Shown one piece after another: positions 20,191-29,232 of a stretch of DNA of 64,000 nt. A program made the translations under genes and the position numbers. The notes beneath the pieces are model-generated. The model made no database searches. It saw nothing but the letters and a program-made list of their open reading frames with translations, and had not been told where the DNA came from. The stretch covers positions 2,528,001-2,592,000 of the forward strand of contig OZ244160.1 of assembly GCA_965216325.1 (NCBI GenBank), read 5' to 3'. The stretch comes from Coraliomargarita sp. GTDB taxonomy: Bacteria > Verrucomicrobiota > Verrucomicrobiia > Opitutales > Coraliomargaritaceae. Within the stretch, counting starts at the first letter, position 1; the number at the start of each line of letters is the position of its first letter.

Positions 20191-20694
20191 CTAGCTGTTG
20201 AAGACCAGCTTCTTCGAGAAGAAAAAGTTGACCGACATGCCGACCATTCCACCGACCCAAATGGCCACAATACCAAGTATCAGGCCCGCGAGTGCAATGT
20301 TTCCATCCCAAACCAGTTTTGCCGCATAGCTATGACCCAAGAGTAGAACCAGTTTATACACACCAATGTTCACGGCGGAACCAATGGAGTTTGCGCTGTA
20401 GTGGCGCAGTAAGGATTGCCAGAGTTCGCGGCCCATCTCGACGTGGTGAAAGGTGAAGGCGCGGTTGAGGAAATAGCCAGCGGTTACCGAGGCACCGAGC
20501 GAAATGATCCGGCTCACAATATCGCCCATGCCTAAGGAGGTCAGTAGGCAGCAAATCGCGACGTCGATCAGGAAAATCGTCGCACCAACCATCGCGAAAC
20601 GCGCGAACAGGGCGAATCCGCGTTGCGATTTATGGAATCTGTTGAGGAGTCGTAGCATCGCTAATTGGCCCGCATAAAGCCGTAAAATCGCCAA
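20191..20694 (-). CDS. GtrA family membrane protein
   Basis: RFAMVG..IFLID, YFLNRAFTF, NFFFSKKLVF; four TM segments. Start uncertain (ATG at 20658 possible). Confidence 0.8.
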   Translation of the reverse strand: MAILRLYAGQLAMLRLLNRFHKSQRGFALFARFAMVGATIFLIDVAICCLLTSLGMGDIVSRIISLGASVTAGYFLNRAFTFHHVEMGRELWQSLLRHYSANSIGSAVNIGVYKLVLLLGHSYAAKLVWDGNIALAGLILGIVAIWVGGMVGMSVNFFFSKKLVFNS

Positions 20695-20740
20695 TGCGTC
20701 AAATGCGAATCTTTGAGGGGGAATTGAGCTTTTCCCCTGT

Positions 20741-20820
20741 TCTTACTCTTAATCCTATTCTTAATCTTACTCTATCAGTAGTTGAGATTACGATTATGAG
20801 TAAGATTACGATTAAGAGTA
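20741..20820. repeat. Hexamer-periodic inverted repeat, copy 1 (TCnTAA/TCnTAC arm plus complementary arm)
   Basis: TCTTAC TCTTAA TCCTAT TCTTAA TCTTAC ... GAGATTACGATTATGAGTAAGATTACGATTAAGAGTA. Confidence 0.8.
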
Positions 20821-21642
20821 TTACGAGACCTTGATGCGCTCGTGACGCGAGAAATGCACGGAATTGACCACGCGATCCATGAGTGCAGGGCGCTGCATCG
20901 GCACGCTGACGATTGCTGCTAAAATGTCGGCCAAGACGTGTTCGCGGGCCTCTTGGTCGGGAATGAAGCGCATGCGCACTTCGACCAGTTCTGGGCGTAA
21001 TTCCAGCCACTCGGCTTTGATCTCAAGCACGCGTGGATACTGGCTGATTCGCTCGCAAAGGGCTTTGTTGCTGCGGACATTTGGACATTGGTCCATGCTG
21101 ACGCTGATGGCCTCCAAGCAGTCGCGCTCTTCGCTCGAGAGGGATTCCCAACTGACGCCGCAGAGTTCACAGCGCGCTTCCGCTAGCAGGCGATGCAACT
21201 CGCTTGGTCGCATGCGCATGACGAGTTTGACCCAGCGCATCGGCCATTTTTCAAATTCATAAGCGAGCAGGGCCAAGCGCACGCGCGGTGGAAGTAGCCG
21301 GACTTTGGTCACCATCGGCTCTGGGGAAGTAATCGGGCCATCGCTTGGCGCATTCTCAACCAACGCGCTGGCCAGCATGAACTCGAAGTCCGACAGGCGC
21401 TCCGTGTAGCGCAGGTTACGCCATAGCTCTAGAAAGAGGCGGGTTACTCGGGCGCGGCGCTGTTCGACTGGCTCGGCTAGCGTGCTGCCGTAGTAGGCAT
21501 GTGCGAGATCGATATAGGACGATGTCAGTGCGAGGAACTGCTCGCTGTCTTCGGTCTTCGCGGCTTTGAGCTGTTCGCGTCCGGCTTTGCGGGCGTGGGT
21601 GCTGCCTTTGAGCGCGTTGAAAAAACGTCGAATCGAGCCCAT
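20821..21642 (-). CDS. Hypothetical protein resembling a degenerate ECF sigma factor with an anti-sigma-like C-terminal extension
   Basis: Region-2-like FLALTSSYIDLAHAYY...LFLELWRNL...FEFML; region-4-like LLPPRVRLALLAYEFEKW...ELHRLLAEARCEL. Confidence 0.5.
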   Translation of the reverse strand: MGSIRRFFNALKGSTHARKAGREQLKAAKTEDSEQFLALTSSYIDLAHAYYGSTLAEPVEQRRARVTRLFLELWRNLRYTERLSDFEFMLASALVENAPSDGPITSPEPMVTKVRLLPPRVRLALLAYEFEKWPMRWVKLVMRMRPSELHRLLAEARCELCGVSWESLSSEERDCLEAISVSMDQCPNVRSNKALCERISQYPRVLEIKAEWLELRPELVEVRMRFIPDQEAREHVLADILAAIVSVPMQRPALMDRVVNSVHFSRHERIKVS

Positions 21643-21678
21643 GGTGTCTGCAGTGAGTTGGTTGCGTAATGACCGGGG

Positions 21679-22371
21679 CTAGTCCTGATCCTCACTGTCG
21701 GGGCGGTTCTGGCTTTCAATGCGACAGTCTTGCATGACGCGTAGCCAGAGTTCCCGAAGGTCGAACAGGCGAATTCGGATCTCGTGCTGGAAGCTTTCGA
21801 GGAACTCGTGGTTCGGGTGGGTGAGTTGATCAAGGAGGGCTAAAGTTTGGTTCAGAGCGCTCAAGCTGTTCTTGAAGTGGCAAATCGCCAGGCCGAAATC
21901 GCCGAGGTCGAGCGCTTGGATCGAAAGGAGAACATTCATCTCCGCTTGGTGCAGACTCGTTGCATATTTCCAGCAGAGCTGCGCTGGCAGGTCGCTTTGA
22001 CTGTGCACCATGAAATGCTCCCAGCTTTGATGCAGGTAGCGGTAAAGTGAGCGAGTCACCACAAACACCGGATGCTTGTGCAGGGTGTATGGGGCCTCAT
22101 CCATTTCGTTGGCAGGCTCATCTAGGTCGACTTCTACGCTGTTGAATTCGTCGGTCATCGACATGTCCTGCGCGTCCCAGCCCATGAGAGAGGCCACCTC
22201 GTCGAGGTGGTTCGGTTTGTCCTTCAGGCTGTTGTAAATGGACAGGAATCGGGCGGTTTCACGGTCGGAATTCTTCAGGTAATTGCGCCATTGAAATTCG
22301 CCCCAAGCTGGTTCGCTGGGAGTATCGTCCCAGCCGCCGCTTTCTGAATGGTCAAAATTTGGATCGCTCAT
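21679..22371 (-). CDS. Conserved hypothetical protein
   Basis: 230-aa ORF with host-like codon usage; WGEFQWRNYL...MGWD N-terminal motif and a helical C-terminus. Confidence 0.7.
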   Translation of the reverse strand: MSDPNFDHSESGGWDDTPSEPAWGEFQWRNYLKNSDRETARFLSIYNSLKDKPNHLDEVASLMGWDAQDMSMTDEFNSVEVDLDEPANEMDEAPYTLHKHPVFVVTRSLYRYLHQSWEHFMVHSQSDLPAQLCWKYATSLHQAEMNVLLSIQALDLGDFGLAICHFKNSLSALNQTLALLDQLTHPNHEFLESFQHEIRIRLFDLRELWLRVMQDCRIESQNRPDSEDQD

Positions 22372-22548
22372 ATAGTAATTGAGGTAGAATCCCTACTCCG
22401 AAAACACTGGGTCATCGGAGTGAAAAATCAACTCCGTTTTATTCACATTCTGAATTTGCTTTCCAATCGGCTCTGAGCCGTTTCAAATACAGTGATTGCG
22501 GCGATTCGGCCGAAGACTTATTCACCCCGATTTTCTTCTATTGAGCAC

Positions 22549-22830
22549 ATGAGTGACACTGTTTTTTGTATGGACTGTTGGTTTGAGGGCCACGTGCAAG
22601 GCGTTGGTTTTCGCTATCAGACCGTCAGCGTGGCGAAGGGCTTCGAAGTGACGGGCACGGTGCGTAATTTGGTTGATGGCCGCGTGCATTTGGTTGCAGA
22701 AGGCGAGGAGGATGAAGTGCGTGCTTTTCAAGCGGCAGTTGCTGACGAGTTGGAAAATTATATTCGCAAAACCGAGATCCAGACGATGGTCGGAGCTCGT
22801 AGCTGCACCGGTTTCAGTATCATTCAATAG
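22549..22830 (+). CDS. acyP: Acylphosphatase
   Basis: GHVQGVGFRY, GTVRNLVDGRVHLVAEG; ATG at 22549. Confidence 0.9.
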   Translation: MSDTVFCMDCWFEGHVQGVGFRYQTVSVAKGFEVTGTVRNLVDGRVHLVAEGEEDEVRAFQAAVADELENYIRKTEIQTMVGARSCTGFSIIQ

Positions 22831-22833
22831 GCT

Positions 22834-23727
22834 ATGTCTGAACCTGCGATTCGTATTCAAGGACTGACGAAAGACTTTTCGGTTGGCATGCGCGGCCTGA
22901 AGCTTCGGGCTGTCGACAATCTTAGTCTCGAAGTGGGCGACAACCAGATCTTCGGACTACTCGGGCCGAATGGTTGTGGCAAAAGCACCACCATTAAAAT
23001 CATCTTAGGGTTGCTGCATGCCTCAGTTGGGGAGTGCACGATCTATGGTCAGCCGAGCCATACGGTGAATGCGCGCCGTAGTGTGGGCTTCCTTCCTGAG
23101 GCGCCATATTTTTACCGCTACCTGACTGGGCGCGAACTGGTTCGCTTCTATGCCAAGGTCTGTGGCGTGGCACGCGCTGAAATGAATGAGCGTGTCGATG
23201 AGGTGATTGAACTCGTCGGAATGACCGAGGCCATGAACCGCCGGGTTGGGACGTATTCGAAAGGGATGCTGCAACGCATCGGGCTTGCTCAAGCACTAGT
23301 GCACGATCCACAGCTAGTCATATTGGACGAGCCGACCGCGGGGGTCGACCCGCTGGGCTCGGCCGCGATCGCCGACATAATTCGCGAACTGAAGAAGCGT
23401 GGGAAAACGGTGCTGCTGTCCTCGCACTTACTGGCGCAAATTGAAGGGCTTTGTGACCATGTCGCGATTCTGCATCGCGGCAAACTCGTGCGTGAAGGGC
23501 GGGTTGAAGACATGTTAGAAGATCAGGCTGCGGAATCGTTGGTCGTGGAAGGGCTTTCGGCAGAAGGCCGGGCCGCTGTTGAGAAAGCCATCGCTGTCGA
23601 TGGGGCACAGCTTCGGCGAGTCGAGAAGCCGCGGGTGAGCTTGGATACGCTTTTCCTGAATGAGGTCAATGAGCGCGAAGGTGCACACCAACGGCAGCAA
23701 CCAGGCAGTAAGGGAGGTGACGCATGA
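22834..23727 (+). CDS. ABC transporter ATP-binding protein (PilH/XapD-like)
   Basis: Walker A GPNGCGKST, signature YSKGMLQRIGLAQAL, Walker B ILDEPTAG, SSH switch. Confidence 0.92.
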   Translation: MSEPAIRIQGLTKDFSVGMRGLKLRAVDNLSLEVGDNQIFGLLGPNGCGKSTTIKIILGLLHASVGECTIYGQPSHTVNARRSVGFLPEAPYFYRYLTGRELVRFYAKVCGVARAEMNERVDEVIELVGMTEAMNRRVGTYSKGMLQRIGLAQALVHDPQLVILDEPTAGVDPLGSAAIADIIRELKKRGKTVLLSSHLLAQIEGLCDHVAILHRGKLVREGRVEDMLEDQAAESLVVEGLSAEGRAAVEKAIAVDGAQLRRVEKPRVSLDTLFLNEVNEREGAHQRQQPGSKGGDA

Positions 23728-24551
23728 TCGGTCGCATTTATTGCATTGCTGCAAACACCTTTCTGGAGGCAGTTCGTCAGAAGTTCTTTAATTCACTGCT
23801 CCTAATTTCGATCGCATTGGTGCTATCGGCCAACTTCTTTCAGCAGTTTGATTTCGGCACCAGTGAATTGAAGTTTATCACCGACTTCGGTTTTGGTGCC
23901 TTGTTTTTCTTTGGTTCGATTTTGGCGATTACTGCGACTACCCAGTTGTTCTTCAATGAAATCGAAAACCGCACGGCACTGACGATGCTGGCAAAGCCGG
24001 TCTATAAACTCGAGTTCCTCGCAGGGAAATTCTTTGGTGCACAGCTGTTGATGCTGGTGTTCGCAGTTGTGCTCTCTGTGGTGTTGGCGGGGATTCTATG
24101 GTGGCGCGAGGCTGCCATTGTGATTCAATATGCCGATCAATTGCATGATCATGCAGGCTTGGTTCGCTACAGTGATATTTTTATCTTTGCTCTACTTCAA
24201 TGGATGAAGTTCGGTGTGATTTGCGCCATCTCGTTGTTCATCGGAAGCTTTTCGAACACCAACTTGTATACAATTATTGTATCGTTCTTCGTGCTGATCA
24301 TTTGCCAGCTACAATACATCGCACGCGATGCGTATATGGATATGGAACAAGGCCCCCTTCGCTGGTTGGTGAGTTTGCTGGCACTGGTGTTCCCGAACTT
24401 TCAATTGTTCAATGTCGGCGACCAGTTGGTTTACATCGAGCACGCCGGGCTTTCGTCATCGACTGTGTTGCAGATCGTCGGTTATGCAGCGATCTATGCG
24501 GTGGTCTTCCTCTTGTTGGCCCTGCTCAATTTCCGTAAACGCGAGATCTAG
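23724..24551 (+). CDS. ABC-2 type permease (PilI/XapB-like)
   Basis: IAANTFLEAVRQK, EIENRT..TMLAKPV...EFLAGKFFG, VFPNFQLFN, C-terminal FRKREI; ATGA overlap with the ATPase. Confidence 0.85.
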   Translation: MIGRIYCIAANTFLEAVRQKFFNSLLLISIALVLSANFFQQFDFGTSELKFITDFGFGALFFFGSILAITATTQLFFNEIENRTALTMLAKPVYKLEFLAGKFFGAQLLMLVFAVVLSVVLAGILWWREAAIVIQYADQLHDHAGLVRYSDIFIFALLQWMKFGVICAISLFIGSFSNTNLYTIIVSFFVLIICQLQYIARDAYMDMEQGPLRWLVSLLALVFPNFQLFNVGDQLVYIEHAGLSSSTVLQIVGYAAIYAVVFLLLALLNFRKREI

Positions 24552-24554
24552 ACC

Positions 24555-25364
24555 GTGAGTGCACTGGTTGAGAGCTTAGAGCATCCACTCTTACGCAAGC
24601 TGCGTAGCTCGCTGATTGTGCTCGTGCTGCTTGGGTTGATCGGCTTGTTGACTCGCCCTTTGGAGGCGCCAGCCTGGACCGAAGTGCGCGAAGCACAAGT
24701 GGAGATGAATCTTGGCGACGTTGAGGGTGCTTTGGGACAGGGATTGGTGGTCGGAATGCTGGGTGGTTTTCGCAGCATCATGGCGGATTTCTTGTGGATT
24801 CGGCTCAATGCAGATTGGGAAAAGCGCGACTTGGCGAAGGTGACGGCGCTCAGCCAACTGGTGACGACCCTCGACCCTCGGCCGGATTTTTTCTGGATCA
24901 ATACCGCTCGCATGACCGCTTATGATATGCCCAATTGGCGTATCCGAGAAGAGGGCGGTTATGATGTGGTGCCGGAGGGCCGTCAAAAGGAGTTGGACCG
25001 CCAGCAGGCGGAGCAAGCTTTTGAAATTCTGCGCCGCGCGCTTAGCTTTCATCCCGATAGCCCGAAGCTGCACTTGGAAATGGGGCAGATCTATCTGAAC
25101 CGTTTACAGGATTATGAAAATGCGGCGAAGTGGTTTCTCTCTGCATCTGAGTTGCCTAGAGCACCGTATTATGCGGCACGAATTTATGCCGAGTTATTGC
25201 GTCGACAGGGGAAAGATGCTGAGGCTTATGCTTATCTCAAGGAGCTCTTTCTCAGTTTGCCGGATGATCCTTATGCGCAACACGGCACGATTTACGAACG
25301 CATTCAAGAACTCGAAGAGGAGTTGAACATTCCGGTGTTTCAGCGTTTTATACCGAATCGATAG
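24555..25364 (+). CDS. Membrane-anchored TPR-like protein (PilG/XapA-like)
   Basis: N-terminal TM, LGGFRSIMADFLWI, VTTLDPR..FFW, TPR-like helices (LHLEMGQIYLNRLQDYENAAKWF). Confidence 0.6.
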   Translation: MSALVESLEHPLLRKLRSSLIVLVLLGLIGLLTRPLEAPAWTEVREAQVEMNLGDVEGALGQGLVVGMLGGFRSIMADFLWIRLNADWEKRDLAKVTALSQLVTTLDPRPDFFWINTARMTAYDMPNWRIREEGGYDVVPEGRQKELDRQQAEQAFEILRRALSFHPDSPKLHLEMGQIYLNRLQDYENAAKWFLSASELPRAPYYAARIYAELLRRQGKDAEAYAYLKELFLSLPDDPYAQHGTIYERIQELEEELNIPVFQRFIPNR

Positions 25365-25365
25365 T

Positions 25366-26184
25366 ATGCCACGTAATCGCCAAGCCCAAGCCCGTTTTGA
25401 GATGGAGCTGCGCCACCGTATGAATGCGGGCCGAGTCGCGGTGCAGAATCAGATCGCGTTTTTCGAGCGTCAATTCGGGCAAGTCGACAGTGAGTGGAAG
25501 GAAGACGACACACGTGTCACGTTTGCAGACTTCGCGATTTCGGAAAAGCTGTTCAGCGAGCTGCGTCGCGATTTCCCCAAAGACGATTTTTGTAGCGAAG
25601 AAAGCAATCCTCTGGATGAAGTGATGCAATTGAACGCAGCCTTTGCCTGGGTGGTGGACCCCATTGATGGGACCAACAACTATGCGCTTGGCGTGCCCGT
25701 TTGCGCGATTTCGGTCGCCTTGCTGCATGAAGGGGAGCCGGTTTACGGTTTTCTCTACGACCACAGCACCCGTTCTTTGCTAGAAGGGGGGCCAAACCAT
25801 GGTGTGTTGCGCGACCGCAAGAAGCTGAATCGTGATCAGCTGGCTGCTGATGCACAGACCATGATAGGTCTTCATTTTCCGATGAAGCGTGAGCAGTTAG
25901 CGCCGTTACAGCCCTTGCTTGAGAAGTATCGGGTGCGCTCGCTGGGGAGTGCGGCTTTGACCATCGCTTATGTTGCCACTGGCTACTTGACCGGAGCGGT
26001 GGATCATCGGGTTAGAGTTTGGGATATCGCCGCGGCCTATGCACTTTGTCTGGGAGCGGGGCTGGAGTTTAAGTTTTTCGGCGAATCGCCATTTCCGCTG
26101 AAAGAGTTCCATCCGAAGGCACCATGTATACCGTTTTATACGGGAACGAGTGCCTTTTGCGAAGAGTTGGAAGCAGTTCTGTAG
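25366..26184 (+). CDS. Inositol monophosphatase family protein
   Basis: VTFADF, CSEE, WVVDPIDGTNNY, RSLGSAAL, WDIAAA. Confidence 0.9.
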   Translation: MPRNRQAQARFEMELRHRMNAGRVAVQNQIAFFERQFGQVDSEWKEDDTRVTFADFAISEKLFSELRRDFPKDDFCSEESNPLDEVMQLNAAFAWVVDPIDGTNNYALGVPVCAISVALLHEGEPVYGFLYDHSTRSLLEGGPNHGVLRDRKKLNRDQLAADAQTMIGLHFPMKREQLAPLQPLLEKYRVRSLGSAALTIAYVATGYLTGAVDHRVRVWDIAAAYALCLGAGLEFKFFGESPFPLKEFHPKAPCIPFYTGTSAFCEELEAVL

Positions 26185-26333
26185 GGGCTTTGCTTGCTGT
26201 GCAGCCCGCAGGTAGTTCGTTCATCTGTTGGAGTTGTCGGGCTGTGTTATGCAGGTGATGTAAGAGGCCGCGGCGTAAAATCATGCTAGGACCGTTTGCA
26301 TTGGGTATAATTCAGTGCAGATTTATAAGTCTT

Positions 26334-27197
26334 ATGAAAAAACTGCTACTTTCTCTAATTGGCTGTGCCTTCAGCCTATTTAGTTTCGCTGAGACGATCA
26401 AAATTACCTATCCGAATTGGGCGGATGGTGTGGCAGTGACCCACCTTGCTGCTGCGGTGCTGGAAGACAAAATGGGCTATCAGGTTGAGCTCAAAGAGGC
26501 TGATGTGGCTACGATATACAGTTCCGTTGCTGCTGGCGAGCAGGACGTGTTCCTCGATGCTTGGTTGCCGTTTACACAGTCAGAATATTGGAGGAAGCAT
26601 TCTTCCAAACTCGAACCGCTCGGCACCATGTTACAGCGCACACGCGTTGGTTTAGCGGTTCCTGCTTATGTGGATGTCGAGAGCTTGCGTGAGCTCAATC
26701 AGATCTCAGGAACGGTGGGTGGTAAAATCTACGGGATTGAGAAAACCGCAGGTTTGACGAATTCCACCAATATCGCGATTCGCGAATACAATTTGAAGTT
26801 CAAGCAGACGAATCAGGGCACCCAGTATATGCTGGATGCCTTGGAGGCAGCGATTGCTGCCGAAGAACCGATCGTGGTCGCCGCGTGGTCGCCTCACTGG
26901 ATGTTTGCACGTTATGACCTGCACATGCTGCACGATCCGATCAATGTCTTTGTTGAAGACGGTATCCGCAAGTGTGCACGCAAGGGATTTTCGGCTGAGA
27001 TGCCGGAAGTAGCGGTGTTTTTGAAGCGCTTTGCGCTGAGTGAAGCGCAACTCAATGCCTTGCTATTGGATATCTACGAGTCAGGTTCAAACCCGCGCTC
27101 AGTGGTTCGCGAGTGGATGGCTGCGAATCCGAAGCTCGTGGACGCATGGACCGCTCCGGAAAAGAAGAAAGGCTTCTTTAAGAAACTATTCAACTGA
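26334..27197 (+). CDS. Glycine betaine ABC transporter substrate-binding protein (OpuAC-like)
   Basis: Signal peptide from ATG at 26334, YPNWADG, DAWLPFTQ, GLAVPAYV, IYGIE, WSPHWMFARYDL. Confidence 0.88.
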   Translation: MKKLLLSLIGCAFSLFSFAETIKITYPNWADGVAVTHLAAAVLEDKMGYQVELKEADVATIYSSVAAGEQDVFLDAWLPFTQSEYWRKHSSKLEPLGTMLQRTRVGLAVPAYVDVESLRELNQISGTVGGKIYGIEKTAGLTNSTNIAIREYNLKFKQTNQGTQYMLDALEAAIAAEEPIVVAAWSPHWMFARYDLHMLHDPINVFVEDGIRKCARKGFSAEMPEVAVFLKRFALSEAQLNALLLDIYESGSNPRSVVREWMAANPKLVDAWTAPEKKKGFFKKLFN

Positions 27198-27586
27198 GCG
27201 CACGATCCGCGAGGTGGAACTTTGTGTTTGCTTACTTCTGTAAAGCTTTTCTCGCAGCTAGCAGCGGTTCATTCAGATTGTGGAGTGGCTTATGGCTTTG
27301 TGTCGGAAGCCCCCGAGATGAGAACCCTCGTATTAATCATTCATGCAGAAGTACGGCGGTTCACAGTGACTGCCTGGAATGGCGACGGTGAGGATCTGTC
27401 TAGGGGCCAGGCGTTATGGTCGGTTTAGGTGCGTTTAAACTGCGGATGTTGATAATACAGAGCACTATTGGGTGCTGCAGATGGATCACGGAAGTTGATG
27501 AAAAGAACCTTTTGGAGGTTAGGAAGGTTTGTTGAGATGCCGACAACAGCTAGGTTTGACGTGGTGGTGGTGGGCTGCTTTGCTCT

Positions 27587-28651
27587 GTGGCAGATCCAAT
27601 GACACTTTTAATCATCTACGTTAGCATCGCGCTGGGCTTTTCGTTCCTCTGCTCCTTGTTGGAGGCAACCTTGCTCACTATTACACCGACTCAATTACAA
27701 ACGGCCAAGACCAGGGGGAAGCGTTGGGGCGAGCGTCTACAGGAGTTGAAGCGCGATATCGATAAGCCGCTGTCTGCAATCCTAACATTGAATACAATTG
27801 CGCACACGATGGGTGCGACGGGGGCAGGTGCACAGTATGCCAAGGTGTATGGTGATGCTACTGGCGGTATTTTTGCCGCGATTCTTACTTTGGCGGTATT
27901 AGTGTTGACTGAGATTATCCCGAAGACGCTTGGAGCACGTTACACACTTTTCTTTGCGCCCTTTGTTGCGGCTGTTTTGCCTTTCCTTGAGAAGGTCCTG
28001 CGCCCTGTGGTCTATCTCTGCCAATTAATCACCAAGTTGATTACCTTTGGACGTGCTGAGGCTCCGCCCAAACACCGTGAAGAGATGCTAGCCATCGCAC
28101 GTCTGGGAGAGGAGCAGGGAACTATCAAAGCTGGTGAGACTCGTATCGTGCGCAATATGCTTGGTCTGAATCAGATCAACACATCAGCGATTATGACGCC
28201 GCGCTCGGTTATTTTTATGCTCCCTGAGGTGACGACACTGGCGGAGTTTGCCGAGCATGCTGAGGAGCACCCATTCTCTCGGGTCCCGGTATTTACAGAG
28301 AGTAGCGAGCAAGTGACTGGATTTGTACTTCGTTCAGACGTCTTGCAGGCATGTCTTAAGAACCCTAAGCAGAGTCTTGCTGGTTTGAAGCGGTCCATGG
28401 CATTTGTGCCTGACCTGATGAAGGTGGACACACTCTTTCAGCACATGCTCAACGAGAAGTTGCAGGTGGCTATGGTGCAGGACGAGTTTGGGTCGACGAT
28501 TGGTTTGGTCACTTTAGAGGACGCGATGGAAACACTAGTCGGTGTCGAGATTGTCGATGAGCATGATCAGGTCGCGGACCTGCAACAGTTGGCTCGCCAG
28601 CTTTGGAAAAAACGTGCCAAGCAAATGGGTATTCAGACGGAGAGTAATTGA
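27587..28651 (+). CDS. CNNM/DUF21 + CBS domain protein (hemolysin/CorC-like Mg2+ homeostasis family)
   Basis: SFLCSLLEATLL, ILTLNTIAHT, TEIIPKTLG, IMTPRS, FSRVPVF, DEFG...GLVTLED. Confidence 0.9.
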   Translation: MADPMTLLIIYVSIALGFSFLCSLLEATLLTITPTQLQTAKTRGKRWGERLQELKRDIDKPLSAILTLNTIAHTMGATGAGAQYAKVYGDATGGIFAAILTLAVLVLTEIIPKTLGARYTLFFAPFVAAVLPFLEKVLRPVVYLCQLITKLITFGRAEAPPKHREEMLAIARLGEEQGTIKAGETRIVRNMLGLNQINTSAIMTPRSVIFMLPEVTTLAEFAEHAEEHPFSRVPVFTESSEQVTGFVLRSDVLQACLKNPKQSLAGLKRSMAFVPDLMKVDTLFQHMLNEKLQVAMVQDEFGSTIGLVTLEDAMETLVGVEIVDEHDQVADLQQLARQLWKKRAKQMGIQTESN

Positions 28652-29030
28652 TTGTTTGGGTGCTCGTCATCCACTAGTTGTTCGAAGACAACCTTGTCGA
28701 ATCCTTCGCTGCCATCGGCAAAAATAAGTAGATATGCGTAGGGGAAGTTCTCGTCAGCTCCGCCGGTTCCTTGGGAGTCGGCATTGTAGTCTGAGTTCAG
28801 ACGAGAGAAAATATCCTCGTTGTTTAGAGTGAAGAGGACGGTGTAGCCACTGTAGGCCGTGATTTGATTTCCCTCGGTCCCTGAAAGCCATGCGAAACCA
28901 AAGTATTGGAGTGGTGCAGGAAACTCCAGCGTCAGTATGCCGGGATCTGCCTTATGGTCATGCAGGGACATTAAGGTGACGGGATCCTGTGCCGGGTCCG
29001 CTGACGTATATTGGGATCACTGCATCTGTA
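28633..29030 (-). pseudogene. Probable remnant of a surface protein of the Npun_F0296-like (PEP-CTERM-associated) family
   Basis: LTLEFPAPLQYFGFAWLSGTEGNQITAY...YAYL.IF...FDKVVF. A different frame just upstream reads IYVSGPGTGSRHLNV. No signal peptide or sorting tail; overlaps the convergent CNNM stop. Confidence 0.4.
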
Positions 29031-29232
29031 TGGGAAGTGATACCTTAGATTCCAAGGGGAATCAGCAGAATGTTCAGCTTTATAGCGAAATTAGGGTAAG
29101 AGCTAACTGAGGAATGAGCTTCAGGGATCAATAGTCTTTTGTCGTAAGTTTTAGTGTTAGCAAACTTATTGGAGTTTGGCGGAAATCTTATACCAAGCTG
29201 TAACTATTTCTGGTAAAAACAATGCCGTGAAT

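Noticed and set aside
20741..20820. CRISPR array or small coding ORF (20699..21010) at the periodic repeats
   Set aside because: There is no repeat-spacer structure and no cas genes; the I/L-rich and R-rich translation is an artefact of the hexamer repeat.
27222..27428. 68-aa ORF after the betaine-binding protein
   Set aside because: TTG start, no RBS, no motif and atypical composition; likely spurious or decayed.
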